DNA of 64,000 nt from Paraspadella gotoi. Its lineage: Eukaryota; Animalia; Chaetognatha. Made by a program: the position numbers and the translations under genes. Numbering within the stretch: position 1 is the first letter of the stretch; each line of letters opens with the position of its first letter. This document shows, in pieces, positions 63,909-64,000 of this stretch. The DNA lies in contig CM119268.1 of assembly GCA_051294375.1 (NCBI GenBank), forward strand, positions 21,844,010-21,908,009. Reading direction: 5' to 3'. The notes below the pieces were generated by a model, which was given only the letters and a program-made list of their open reading frames with translations, did no database searches and was not told the origin of the DNA.

Positions 63909-64000
63909 GTGGGTCGATGATGGGCAAAGTTAATCGTTGCTGAAGATGGGAAAATGAGGAAATCTGCAACTGTTGTTCGCTTGAAGGTGTCTTGCTTCGG

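Overview
This is animal genomic DNA with GC-rich exons and short AT- or microsatellite-rich GT-AG introns; no prokaryotic features are present. Positions 1698-56040 (+) hold a 5'-truncated spectraplakin gene (MACF1/dystonin/Shot family). Its visible domains are the end of CH2, the plakin domain with SH3, a spectrin-repeat rod, two EF-hands, GAR/GAS2 and an SxIP tail. Two complete antisense genes sit in its two largest introns: a full-length ABCB1/P-glycoprotein (12483-18317), with a TA-flanked long-TIR MITE just upstream, and the axonemal gene CFAP58 (33308-37770). Downstream are a Cys/Pro-repeat orphan gene (58237-60033) and a 3'-truncated glutathione reductase with a separate mitochondrial-presequence exon. 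The most unusual signal is a roughly 68-residue uncharged Ala/Gly-rich, membrane-hairpin-like insert in the spectraplakin, mostly encoded by two skippable exons on either side of the ABCB1 intron. There are also several phase-compatible alternative first, cassette and last exons, including a last exon with three SxIP motifs. All exon models were read by eye from splice signals and reading frame, with no expression data. A few exons contain frameshifts that are probably assembly errors.
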